DNA of 62,512 bases, counting the filler, from Bipalium vagum (taxonomy: Eukaryota), in NCBI GenBank assembly GCA_037834085.1. It is 3 parts of 3 records of this genome, joined end to end, with 100 filler letters (N's around TTAATTAATTAA, not from the genome) between each part and the next. Parts side by side here need not be neighbours in the genome. Positions count along the whole stretch, not along the records: positions 38,404 to 62,512 come from JBBMKC010203047.1; 2 more parts are not named here. One strand, 5' to 3'. Under the pieces are notes generated by a model. The model saw nothing but the letters and a program-made list of their open reading frames with translations. It did not search any database and had not been told where the DNA came from. Positions 51,796 through 62,512 of this stretch are shown in pieces. Position 1 is the stretch's first letter. Each line of letters starts with the position of its first letter. The position numbers and the translations under genes are program-made.

Positions 51796-54700
51796 CTCTC
51801 CACATTGTCATCCCTGATGAAAAACCCCTTATTTTTTTCCGTTTCCAATTCAATAATGGAATATTCGAGACTGTCGACTTTGTTGACGACGTCCTGGTAC
51901 ATTTGCTGGCGTTGTCTCAACTCATTTTGAGATTCGTGGAATCTTTCCTCTAGATCGTGAAATTTGGACTTTCCAAACGACAGTTTGTCTTGCAAATCTC
52001 GGATCTCGTCCATTAACTTCGATACATGAGACTGCTTTGATTCCATCTGCTTTATCATGTCTGACATCTTAAAATCGGAAATCAAGGTTCTTGGGAATAA
52101 TGACATCAAACTAAAAACTCATTCAAGAAATCCTAGCTAACAAAACCAGGTCCTTTTAAGTTAAAAGCCTTTAACCAGTTAAATTTACCCGATCAGTTCA
52201 ACCAAGGTTATCCTTTTAACTATTTTATTTCAATATTTATTATTATAATTATCGTGATAAGTTTTTTATATTTATATTTGTTATTTTATATTTATACTTT
52301 ATCTTATACTCATATTGATTATAATTTTTACTTATTACTATTTTTAATTTAATTTTTATTATTTTATATATTATTGTATTTATTTTATTTCAATTTTATA
52401 CTTATTATTATTAATTATAATGATAATAATAATTATTATTATTATTGAAATAAAATAATTTCATTAAAATTTCTATTTTATTTGATATTTTCATATTGGA
52501 AATTATTTTGATAAAAATTTTCAAAAAATGTAAAATTAAATTAAAATTATTTCATTACCCCAAGTCGTTGAGGATTGGGTTATTATCAGATAATTTACAA
52601 ATTAAATGAAAAAGGAAATATGTTAATAACGTTTTTGATATTCCATTAAGATTAAAACAAAGATGGTGGATTTTTTGTTTGAAGGAGGTTTGATGGTGCC
52701 GAAAAACAGAAGTTGTCCAAAAAATAATAAATTAATTCAATGCTTTTATAAATTAAAACAAGATGAAAAACGAATAAATTTGTTTTAATAATTAAAGATT
52801 ATTATTTTCAAATACAAATAAAAACGTTGATAAGAAAACGTTGATTGATAAAACAAATATAAAGTACTTCTGAAACCGGGAAAAATAAAAAACCCTTATT
52901 ATTTATGTACTTCAGGGAAATCAATGAAGTTTGAGAGACCTGAAAATTGGAACAGGAAAATAACGGTAATTAAGATTTCCGTTTGTTATTTTTTATATTA
53001 TTATTATTTATTTATTATTTATTATTTATTATTTATTATTTATTATTTATTATTTATTTATTTATTTATTCAAATATATTATATATATAATTTAAAAATT
53101 TTTTTAAATTACCGAATATTACAATAAATAAAATGTAAACAAATAATAGTTAAAAAGAAAAATCCATTTATATATGTGAAGCAAAGGTAATCTTCGTTCC
53201 TATTTTGTAAATTTTTTTATTTTATAAAAAAATTTTTTTTAAAAATATTTAAAACTCATTTTGAGTAAATGTAATTTAATATTGCAAAACATTTCTCCTT
53301 GGGATTCTCCATGAATTTTTTCCATTCATTAAAACAAACTTTTAAAAAAATTCTCAATATTTCTTATTAATCGATAGTTTTACCAATAATTAAAAATAAT
53401 ATTTTAATCATTTAATTAATTTCTTTAAATTATTTATATTTAATTATTATATTTTTCTTGTCTTTATTATTGCGATTATGACAAAGAAAATTTATTATTA
53501 ATAAAACATTAAGAAAAATTATTTTAATCATTGATATTTAGAGAGATAATTTATAAATAAATACAAATTGTAAATGAATAAAGCAAATTTTAAACAAATA
53601 AAATGTAATAAAATGAATTGATTATAAATTGCAATTTATGTTTCGAAATTACTTTTCAATTAACTATTAATATTCATCATTATGTCAAAACCCCATTTCT
53701 ATTTATCAGAAAATAATGAATTATTAATGAAAAATTAATTTCACAAAATGAATTTTAAAAAATTCATTTGTTTTAATTAATTAAAAGAAAATTATTAAAG
53801 GGACCAATGAAATCTCACTATTGGATATATTGCAATTCGCATGGTAATTAAAATGATGTGTCTTCTCTGACTCGAGGAGGATTGATATAAAATTCTGAGA
53901 AAATAATATTAATTAATTTTTTAAGGCATTCGAAATTGTTTCAATGATAAAACCCTGTTTTTCTTTTATTGAAATATAATTGGTCAAAAATTCAAAAAAT
54001 TCAAAAATTATAAAAATAAGTTTTATGTTACTCTCACTTGGTCTTTCATTTGTAAGCTGTTTCTTTCGGCCTTTTCCTTTTGGCGACGTACTTCCTCCAT
54101 TTCCGGTAGATGGTTGCAGTGTCTAGACTGGTTCCGAAGCTCCTCGTTTTCCATTTGTATTTCCGACAGTTTTTCTTGCCATCTTATACTGGTATCTGAA
54201 AGCAGAAGCAAATCAACAAAATGACAAATTCTCTTTCTTCATCTCTTGGTACCATAAACAGTGATTGTGTACTCTTTACGTTTGACTGTGTAAATATAAG
54301 TGTTTTCACCATAAATCATTTCTCTTAGTTTCAGAGTTCTGTTTCATTCATAGATAACCTTTATATGTATTGGTAAGTATTAAAGGATTATTATTGATTA
54401 TTTCATAATGATAAAAATATCAAAATTAATAATAATAATAATAATAATAACAATAATAATAATAAAAATTCAAAAATCTATTTCAAAAAATATTTAAAAT
54501 TTTGAAAAACAGATTTTACTTCCAGAAAATTTTTTATTCAAAATAAATAATAAAAATAATTGGATCTCTATGGCGACATCAGTTTCTATACAATACGATG
54601 TTTGGCTTCACAAAACAGATTTTCTATCATCTGTGGAGATATCTGCTGATCCACATTCGTTATTAGATTTTTAAGTTCAGCAACATTTTTAATTCTACTA

Positions 54701-57700
54701 CCACTGTACACTTTAGGCTTAGTTAATATTCAAGCATAAAAATATATGGGTGATAAATCTGCACGTAGTAGTAGTGGTTCCACGAAATTTTGAAGCATCT
54801 CCAAATATACAACTCCTGTAACGGTTCAATTCCTCAAGTGCTACAATTATAACGTTTAACTTTTCCAAAAGTGTGGAAAATTAAATGGAGTCTCTAAGAT
54901 TGCTATTTATTATTTTATACTTATTGCAAAGTCGACATTGATATTACAGGCATACTTCTTAGGGATCTCTGCTAATATTACAGAGAGGAAGCTAACAATT
55001 AATTAATTAATTATATTTCATTAAGTTACTTGAGAGAGCAAATCAAGATTTCTCAGATTCCATCTTTAAATACATCATCTTTCGGAGAAACAAAATAAGC
55101 TGATCTTTATCAAATTATATTTCAAATTAATATGTAATTATTACTTTTTTTATTATTATTATTATTTAAACAAAATTAAATAATAACAGAGTTCACATAC
55201 AAAACAAAAAATAAGAAATACTTAAAAAACAATAATATTTAATTAATTATAATTAATATATTTATAAAGTTATTTAATGATCTAATTAAACTGCCTCTCC
55301 CGAAAAACAAAGACAACATATGCCAAGAATTATAGCCAAATTTAAAGAAAAAGGGTTTTACCTTAATTATTTCCTGTTGGGAAATGAACAAATATCTCAC
55401 AATAATTATTAGATGAAAGATATTTTATTATTATTATTTTTTTTTTATTATTATTATTAAGATTGGTACATTTGGTCACTTGACAGAACTGAAAACAGTC
55501 CAGTGTTGACATAAGCTTTGATACCAGACTGTGCTAAATGTAGATACAATGATAATAAGACAGAGATAATCTGTGAAAAGGATTAAAAATGACAAGATTA
55601 TCTAATAAAAATCTGCTAAAAGCGATATAATGACTTGACAAGACTTTCCTAATCTTTTAATTCATAAAGCACCTTCTTTAAGACCATTGGGGAAAGAATA
55701 GCTGTACAAAGTCTATATCAAAAAAGATGGTGGTATTAAAAAAGAAATTTCCTCCAAGCATAAGACAACCTTAAATCTTTCCTAATATTTTTTTTTCAAA
55801 AAAAATAAAAATAAGAAGAATTTTTGATTTAAATTTTATTTCGAAAAAATTTATTGATGCCGCCGTCCATAGCATAATGGTGTAAAGGTGTAATTTCAAA
55901 AATCATTGAAATTCTTGTTGTCCTTTTAAGAAAGGCATTCTGATATTTTGTTCATAATATATTGAGATATTTCTTATTTTATATTTTTATTTTATAATAA
56001 AATTTTATATTCATATTAAATTTTTTTTATATTTCTATTTCACATTATTATTTTGTAATTGTTTTTAATATTTTTATTAAAATATTTCTTACTTTATATT
56101 TCAAATTTTTATTTTATTTTACATATTTATTAAGATTTTTATTTTATAAAATTAGATCAGGTAACTTTATTACAATTAAAATTTATTTTCATTTTATATC
56201 TGTAATTTATATTTTTATTTTATATTAGGTTTGGTCGTTCTTAATAATCATTAAGAATACGACAAAATGAAATGAATAAACTCAACAATTATGCAATATT
56301 CTTGAAAAATCATTAAAAACTACTTTTATAAGTAATGTTGGTCTTGCCATAACTTATACCATTGTGTCTTAACCTTTAATTAGCAATTTCTCTAAGTCAT
56401 CCAACTAAACCAGTGGTTCTAAACCTTTTTTTATTTGACGAATCCAAAGAAAATCATTATTACTAAAAATAAGTCATTACTCGCCATTTTTAATAAAACT
56501 AATACAACCAACCTATAATAATATTATTATCAGATAATAATATAATATTACATATATATATGTAATATAATAATAACATTGCCAATAAAGTACTTAACTG
56601 TAGGAGTTAAGGTAATTGAGAACAGAATTAGTTTAGTCAGGATCACAAAAATCTTGATTATTTTACAGCATCATTCACTAACATTCAGCTCTTGATTTTG
56701 GAATTCACATTCTTCCAATATGACCAGACTCTCTGCCAAAGAGAAATTAGAAGTGCTTCTCTTTTTAATATATTTTTTTAATCATGTTGATTTCATTTTC
56801 ATTATTCTGACATTTATATACTTCTATTATTTTTAAAATGAATTTAGCCGATATGAAACTGAGCTAACCCTCCTAACCAGATTTGAGATGGATTTTCTGC
56901 ACAAGACCTTTACATGGAATAAAAAACAGATCTATAACGAAAACCCTAAGTGAAGAAAATCTTGGGTATATCCAGGTCAACAATCTTCGTCAACCATTCA
57001 GCCAAAGTTTTACTGTGCATTTGATAGAACTACCTGGTGCCATCAGATTATTATTTATTCAGACCTCTTCAACATCAACTGAGTAATTCTCAGTTCATAA
57101 AAATTGAAGATGTCAAAAAGTCGATATCAAATTACATTGAATTAAAATCTCAGTCTTTTTCAGGACAGGTATTCGTCAACTACGTGAAAAATGGTTTAGA
57201 TTCATCGAAAATAATTGAGATTATTTCACTGAATAATTTATATTTATATGCTGTAAAAATATTTATTTATTTTATCAATCTATTGATATATAATATTAAA
57301 AGTAGACACCTTTTCAATTTTTAGACCTAATATATTATTGTAATTTTTTATTATTATTAATATTTTATTATCATTATCATTATTTTTATTATTTATAATT
57401 TTTATAATCGAATTTATGTTATTCGTAATTGATCATATTTATACCGGCTTTTTTCTTATTGACCTCGTTCTCAATCACCAATCGATCCCTATCCTTCTTT
57501 AACTGACTGTTCTCGTCTTCAAGAGAGTGGATCTTTGTCTTGAACGTTTCCACTTTGGACAGAAGAGATGTTTTCGCTCCAGTCTCATTCAATACTTGCC
57601 GTTTCAAGGAGTCAAGTTCGAATTTCAAAGAGGAATTTTCACTTTCTGTTTTTGACAGCTGTTTATTGATTATGTCAATTTCAGCAGCAGCGGCAGCTGC

Positions 57701-58237
57701 AGCTTGTTGAGCTGTCGACTGTGGCTGGGATTTGCTGACCAATAAGGCTCTGAGGTCAGGTGAAATGTCGATAGATTTACCGTTGAGCAACGACGATGAA
57801 GTTCGGTTCTCTAAAAAGATTCGATCTTTCTCCAGTTTTTCTTGAGCCTCTTGGAGTTTTTTGTTGACACTCGATGATGCCTCGTGACAGGAATCTATAG
57901 TGTCGAGGTAATTGGCTGAGGCCGCTTTAAGCGAGTATTTCGGATAGTTAGAAACGCGGGACAGATCAAATGGTTCACTGTCGCGTAGCGCCGACGACAT
58001 TTTTGCTACATCATTGCCGATCTTTTGTTGTTTTGATGAAATGTTGTCCAGACTTCGTTCGATTTTCGAAATGGAATGAGCAGTGTCCATCTTGTCACAG
58101 TAATTGTTAGACATGATTCTCGATTCATTCAGAGGGTTTGTCACGAGGTAATCCAATGATTTTAAATTTTCTGAAGTGTCACGCAGAGTGTTGGTTAGAA
58201 CCTTCAATTTGTTGCTCACGTCAACCGTTTTATACAT
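51796..58237 (-). CDS. CEP128: CEP128-like coiled-coil centriolar protein, 5' part; exons 58237-57445, 54195-54038, 52067-51796 (3' end not found)
   Basis: N-terminus TVDVSNKLKVLTNTLRDTSENLKSLDYLV resembles vertebrate CEP128 TVEVTEKVNTITSTLQDTSRNLRQVDQML (recalled from memory, not searched). Heptad-rich. GT-AG junctions with compatible phases (1, 0), ending at a perfect AG|GTGAGT donor. The exons are well supported; the gene name less so. Confidence 0.65.
52995..53070. repeat. (TTATTTATTA)n low-complexity repeat
   Basis: Visible 10-mer TTA/TTTA tandem array. Confidence 0.8.
56396..56646. mobile_element. Putative hAT-like MITE
   Basis: CAGTGGTTCTAAACCTTTTT at 56411 resembles a hAT/Charlie TIR start. 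Imperfect inverted match near 56614-56646 and a central TA palindrome. Confidence 0.35.
56830..57332 (+). mobile_element. Decayed mariner 3' fragment in CEP128-like intron 1
   Basis: LVPSDYYLFRPLQHQLSNSQFIKIEDVKKSI, then a terminal GACCTAATA TIR end. Confidence 0.7.
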
Positions 58238-59651
58238 ACAAAATTGTAATTTAATATATATTGAATTGGCGCTTGAAAAACCAAAGTAACGAGTATTTAA
58301 ACAAACATAATCCACAAAGAAAATTATGAAATGTCGATTTTACTTAAAATTTTTGATAATTAAAATAAAAAGAAATTAATAAATATATCAACTAGAATTT
58401 TATAACTCACGGAAAAGTTTATTTCTGAAATAATAAATATTAATGATATATTATTTATTCGAAAAATATTTTTTATGAAGTTGATTCTGGAATAAGATAA
58501 TTTAAAGTATATCTTCATTAATTCATTACTAAAATTAATATTTTCCTAACAAAGTTATTTTGATTACTGTTTTTATCTTTTAAACTTGTTAAAAGTTTAA
58601 TATTTATAACATAAAAATGAACCATATTGAATAATGTTGTAAAATTGCTGTATAACTGTATATACTTATACTTTTTATTGAAAGTGCAGAAAATTAATTG
58701 ATTTCAAGTTATTGGTGAAACAGCTACACATCCTTGTGAAGTCAGCATTTTTTGACTTCCGGAGATCGATTTTTTGCAATAGGTCAAATGTTTTGGTAGC
58801 AATATTTCTCATAAACAAATTATTCATGTATTCAATACAATATTAAAATCAGGCTTCAAAACTTGTAGTCAATTACGAAAATCTGCATATTTTGCTTAAT
58901 TAATTCATTTGAGTTCCGGAAATTTCTCAGGGTACCTATGGAACATTTAACATCAACGAGAAAAATCAATTTTTGTGAACATGCGTGATCAAAAAATCAA
59001 CACAACCGTTGCAATTCTTCAAGAGCTCCTTTCTTGTCCATTAACACAATAATGTCAGGAAATTTTTGGAAAACATTTTGAAAAGAATGCACCATTGATT
59101 CTTCAGAGAAGTGACAGTGTCGGCGGACAAGAGAATTTTTACATTTATTTTATATGAAAACTTAAACTAGCGTTAAAGATCATTTTATTTACAAGAGAGC
59201 ACAGTTCAACAGTTTCAAAAATAAACTGACTCTATTTCTGTTGTGCTACTTTAAACTGTAAGAGTGTTGAATATTGAAATCGATTTGAAATCGATTTTTA
59301 AAGTGTTTTTAAAAGTAATTCTGTATTCAGAAGAGATCCGAAGAAAAATCATATCTTTTTTTAATTTAAAAGAAATAGAAATATCAACTGATTTTCTAAA
59401 ATAATAAATGGATTGTTTCACTCTCAGCCACCAAAAATTTTTTGATGCAGATTTTTATTATATTCCACCATAATTTATCCATTCAAGAAAAATCGAAATA
59501 TATCAAGTAGATGATCTCAAGTGCAACAAAACAAAGGAAGTAAGAATTTATGTTACGAGTAAAACCTCACAATGCTGTCAAGACACGAAAATTAATAAAT
59601 ATTAATCACGTAGATCATTTCGATAGAAGAATAGAGATAATTAGACTACTA

Positions 59652-59995
59652 TTACGGTGGCAGTTTCAGAACTTGTTTTAAGTAAGCTCTCATTTTTGAG
59701 CTTCTATTCTCTTTACCCGGATCAAGTTTTAATGATTTACCGATGAGATTTATTTTTACCTTTCTTGTTCTGAAAGGAAAAACCAGACAAGAATGCGAAA
59801 AGATTTTATAGGCTTTCAGCTTTTGCCAACCGGATAAGTGAGAGCTGACAATCTTACCCAAATTGACAGTGATTTTATTCAGAGTTTCCCAGGATAACTG
59901 GTCAATTTCCATATCAACAGGGACATCCAAATACTGATAGAAGTCATTGAAAGCCAGCCGACGAAGGGGAATATTGTAGATGGAATTGACACTAC
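59652..59995 (-). mobile_element. NeSL/Utopia-clade reverse-transcriptase C-terminal (thumb) fragment
   Basis: FYQYLDVPV (cf. Y.YLGVP), SSHLSGWQKLKAYKIF (cf. S.LAPWQK), YLKQVLKLP. Confidence 0.75.
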
Positions 59996-61189
59996 TAATT
60001 TCAATTTAAGAAAATTTTTTAAAAAGTAAAAGATTTTAAAAAGGATATTTTTCAACTCAGTGGTTGAAACGGCTGCATTGATAATATTTCAATAATGACA
60101 ATGTAACCAGCATTAGCCAAATTCTTATTGCAGAAGTGCTTAAACAGAGCTTATAGCAAAATTTTGTTCGACGTACAAAAAAAAGACCAATTGATCTCAA
60201 CTTGATAACAGATGATAATTATCACCTTAGTGAGGTTTCAGAATTAAAGTCTTTTACACTATTTATCTCCGCCAGGACCTAGATCTGAGATATCCAACTA
60301 ATTTTGGCCGCGGGTCGGTTGGACAAAAAATAGACAAAAAAAATTTTTACTGGCCGTACAAATCACTTACAGATTGTTCTGAGCGAGGTATAAAGTCAAC
60401 ATTGTGACCAAGAACAAATTCAAAGTTGATACTCAAAATTTTATTAACTGTTTTTACTAGTTTTCACCGAACTCTATTATTGTGGGAGTCAAGAAATGAA
60501 AGTAGGTGTTACAGACATACCAACGAAGGTTTCGATAGGTCATATTTACAGTTTTATCAAGGAGAACTAATTGCCGGTTTCAGGAAAATGAAACTAATTT
60601 TTTTTTCATCACAAAATGCAGAAGAGTACAACTAATCTAGATATCATATGATAAATAGAAACATGGAAAATATTTATGGAACACCCCCTTTTAAAATGAT
60701 ATTTCCATCCATTGAACTGGTTCTTCGCTGATATATTAGAAATTTTTCAACGATGATTTTTTCGACTTAGTAGCGCTCTCACGAAGCTGGCTTATCGTTT
60801 TGGTTTCTTGGTAGGACCATTGACATATATACCTGTTATAGTGCCCTTCGTCGGTTCTGTTTTGCCCAATTTTGATTCATTTTATTATTTTCATTTTATA
60901 TTTTGATAATAATTCTTTTCAAATCCATTTCTAGCTGCACTTGAATACATAATACAAATTCCATAATATAAACATTAATATTATAACAGAAAATGGCTCT
61001 CGTTTAGGTGGACTGTTCTTAACTAATAGTGTTTCCAAGAAAATTTCAAATTATTGTTTGTAAAGAAAATAGTTATAAAAAAATGACAGTTGAAAAAAGA
61101 TTTAATTTTGAGGTATGGTTGCTGTCCACAGAAAACCGTGATGAACATGCGTATCAATTTTCGTTAATTAGGACTTTTCATCACAATTT

Positions 61190-61515
61190 GTCAGAAAGAT
61201 CGATTCAAGAATTTGTTGAAAGGTGGTTATGAACGTTTGAAAGTCAACGTTCAAAATGGATGAATATTGACAATTTTCAGGTCTTACCATGGGCTGCTCG
61301 ATCTCCAGACATGAACATAATGGAGAACGCCTGGAAAATTTATTGTCTGTACTTTTTTTAATAGAAGGAATACGGAATGCGTGTCAATTCTTCAATACTA
61401 GCGATACCATTAGCGAACTTTATGAGACTTTTAGAAGTCGCTTAATCAAATAGTCATAATTAATTACATGTTTCTATTTTCTACCATAGGTGGCGAATAA
61501 TTATGCACACTTGAA
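61190..61515 (+). mobile_element. Tc1/Tc3-like 3' fragment
   Basis: FQVLPWAARSPDMNIMENAWKI (cf. WPARSPDLNPIENLW), with a TIR-like end near 61490-61513. Confidence 0.7.
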
Positions 61516-61981
61516 AATTTGGGTATTATTTAGACGACCTTCAGTGTGCGGTATCGATTATTTAATTGGCGCAATTATACAATCAATTTAAATGGATTTT
61601 GAGGTTTAAGAATTTTTAAAGAAATCGATTACCGAAGATTGCCTGTGGCTTTGAAATAAATTTTCGAATCTTGGAAAACATTTCCCTTGGGTACATTTTT
61701 TTCGACTACCTCATTTAAAGTCAAAAAATATAACAGTTTTGTATAAGTATTGATTAGACCTCAGAAAATATCATTTTCTGATCATTTTATGAGGGTAAAT
61801 ATGGATTTTATATTATTCTTAGCATCAGAGATCTCAGCATAAATGTTCATCTAACTTTATTATTTATTATAATTTTATTTTGTATCAAATAATTCTTTAA
61901 TCCACTAAAACAAAATGATTGGTCGATTCAAAGCTTAAGAGAGAAGCCCTCTTTCGAAGAGTTGAATCGATATTGTTGATT

Positions 61982-62365
61982 ATGAAGTTTCATTATTATC
62001 TTATTATTACGATATTGGATTTGACCTTTCGAATTTGTGACATGACTAGACCCTTCTATAAAGGTTTCCAAAACCCTCCCAATTGTTGGGCTCCTATTGA
62101 AAATAATATAAAAATATGCAGAGAAAAATGGTTTCTTCAAGTGTCATATAACTACACCTATTACCAGGAAGACGTTCTCGGTGAAAAAAACATGTTTTCA
62201 TCTCAGGCCTGTGTGAAAGAGTGCAAAGAAGACAACCTCTGTTTCTCTTTCCATTTTAGAAAGGGTCTATTTACGTGGTTTAAATATAGCGGAGCACTAC
62301 CACGATTTCAGATTGGCTATCCGCTAATGGTGTTATACTGCTGCCCAAAAGAAAGAAAAAGTTAG
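61982..62365 (+). CDS. Small putatively secreted Cys-rich protein with PAN/apple-like module (127 aa)
   Basis: ATG at 61982 gives a hydrophobic leader MKFHYYLIITILDLTF. SSQACVKECKEDNLCFSFHF fits the PAN C-x3-C-x5-C-xSF pattern. 8 Cys and an N-glycosylation site NYT. Confidence 0.55.
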   Translation: MKFHYYLIITILDLTFRICDMTRPFYKGFQNPPNCWAPIENNIKICREKWFLQVSYNYTYYQEDVLGEKNMFSSQACVKECKEDNLCFSFHFRKGLFTWFKYSGALPRFQIGYPLMVLYCCPKERKS

Positions 62366-62512
62366 ATTTTATAATTTTATGCAAGGGTCACATATTTTAG
62401 ATGATGATTCCTTTAACATATTAATGACACCACCATAAAAACCTCTTATCATTTGATCGGAGCATAAATTTGGAAAACAATTATAATAATATTAATAACA
62501 ATTAGAAAATAT

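Noticed and set aside
55858-55900. tRNA-like 5' half with an A box
   Set aside because: No B box, T arm or acceptor-stem partner, so not a tRNA gene.

Overview
This is eukaryotic (animal) genomic DNA, very AT-rich with many (AAT/ATT)n microsatellites. No prokaryotic, CRISPR, rRNA or intact tRNA features were seen. The standard genetic code fits, since genes end in TAA, TGA and TAG. The window has three assembly gaps (20262-20361 and 38304-38403, each 44N-TTAATTAATTAA-44N; 47936-48103), so adjacency across them is unproven. Host genes reconstructed by hand: 60S ribosomal protein L24 (+, 2 exons); casein kinase I gamma (-, 6 exons over 16 kb, convergent with RPL24 and sharing a palindromic double poly(A) signal); an intronless type-1 tyramine/octopamine receptor GPCR (+); the 5' three exons of a CEP128-like coiled-coil centriolar gene (-); an orphan terminal exon (-); and a small secreted PAN/apple-like Cys-rich protein (+). 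Introns are bimodal (47-53 nt versus 1-9 kb). Intergenic space and long introns are filled with decayed DNA transposons: two full-length cecropia-type mariners with TIRs, several other mariner subfamilies, Tc1, Tc3-like, maT/DD37D, pogo/Tigger and MITEs. There are also two fragments of a NeSL/Utopia-clade restriction-like-endonuclease retrotransposon. The host is inferred, not shown, to be an invertebrate, possibly a flatworm or other spiralian. I found no convincing complete novel system. The best leads are a head-to-head 10-bp-periodic T-/A-tract array, the bidirectional poly(A) element, a long intronic foldback with an adjacent nested antisense exon, and an unexplained GC-rich exon-like island.
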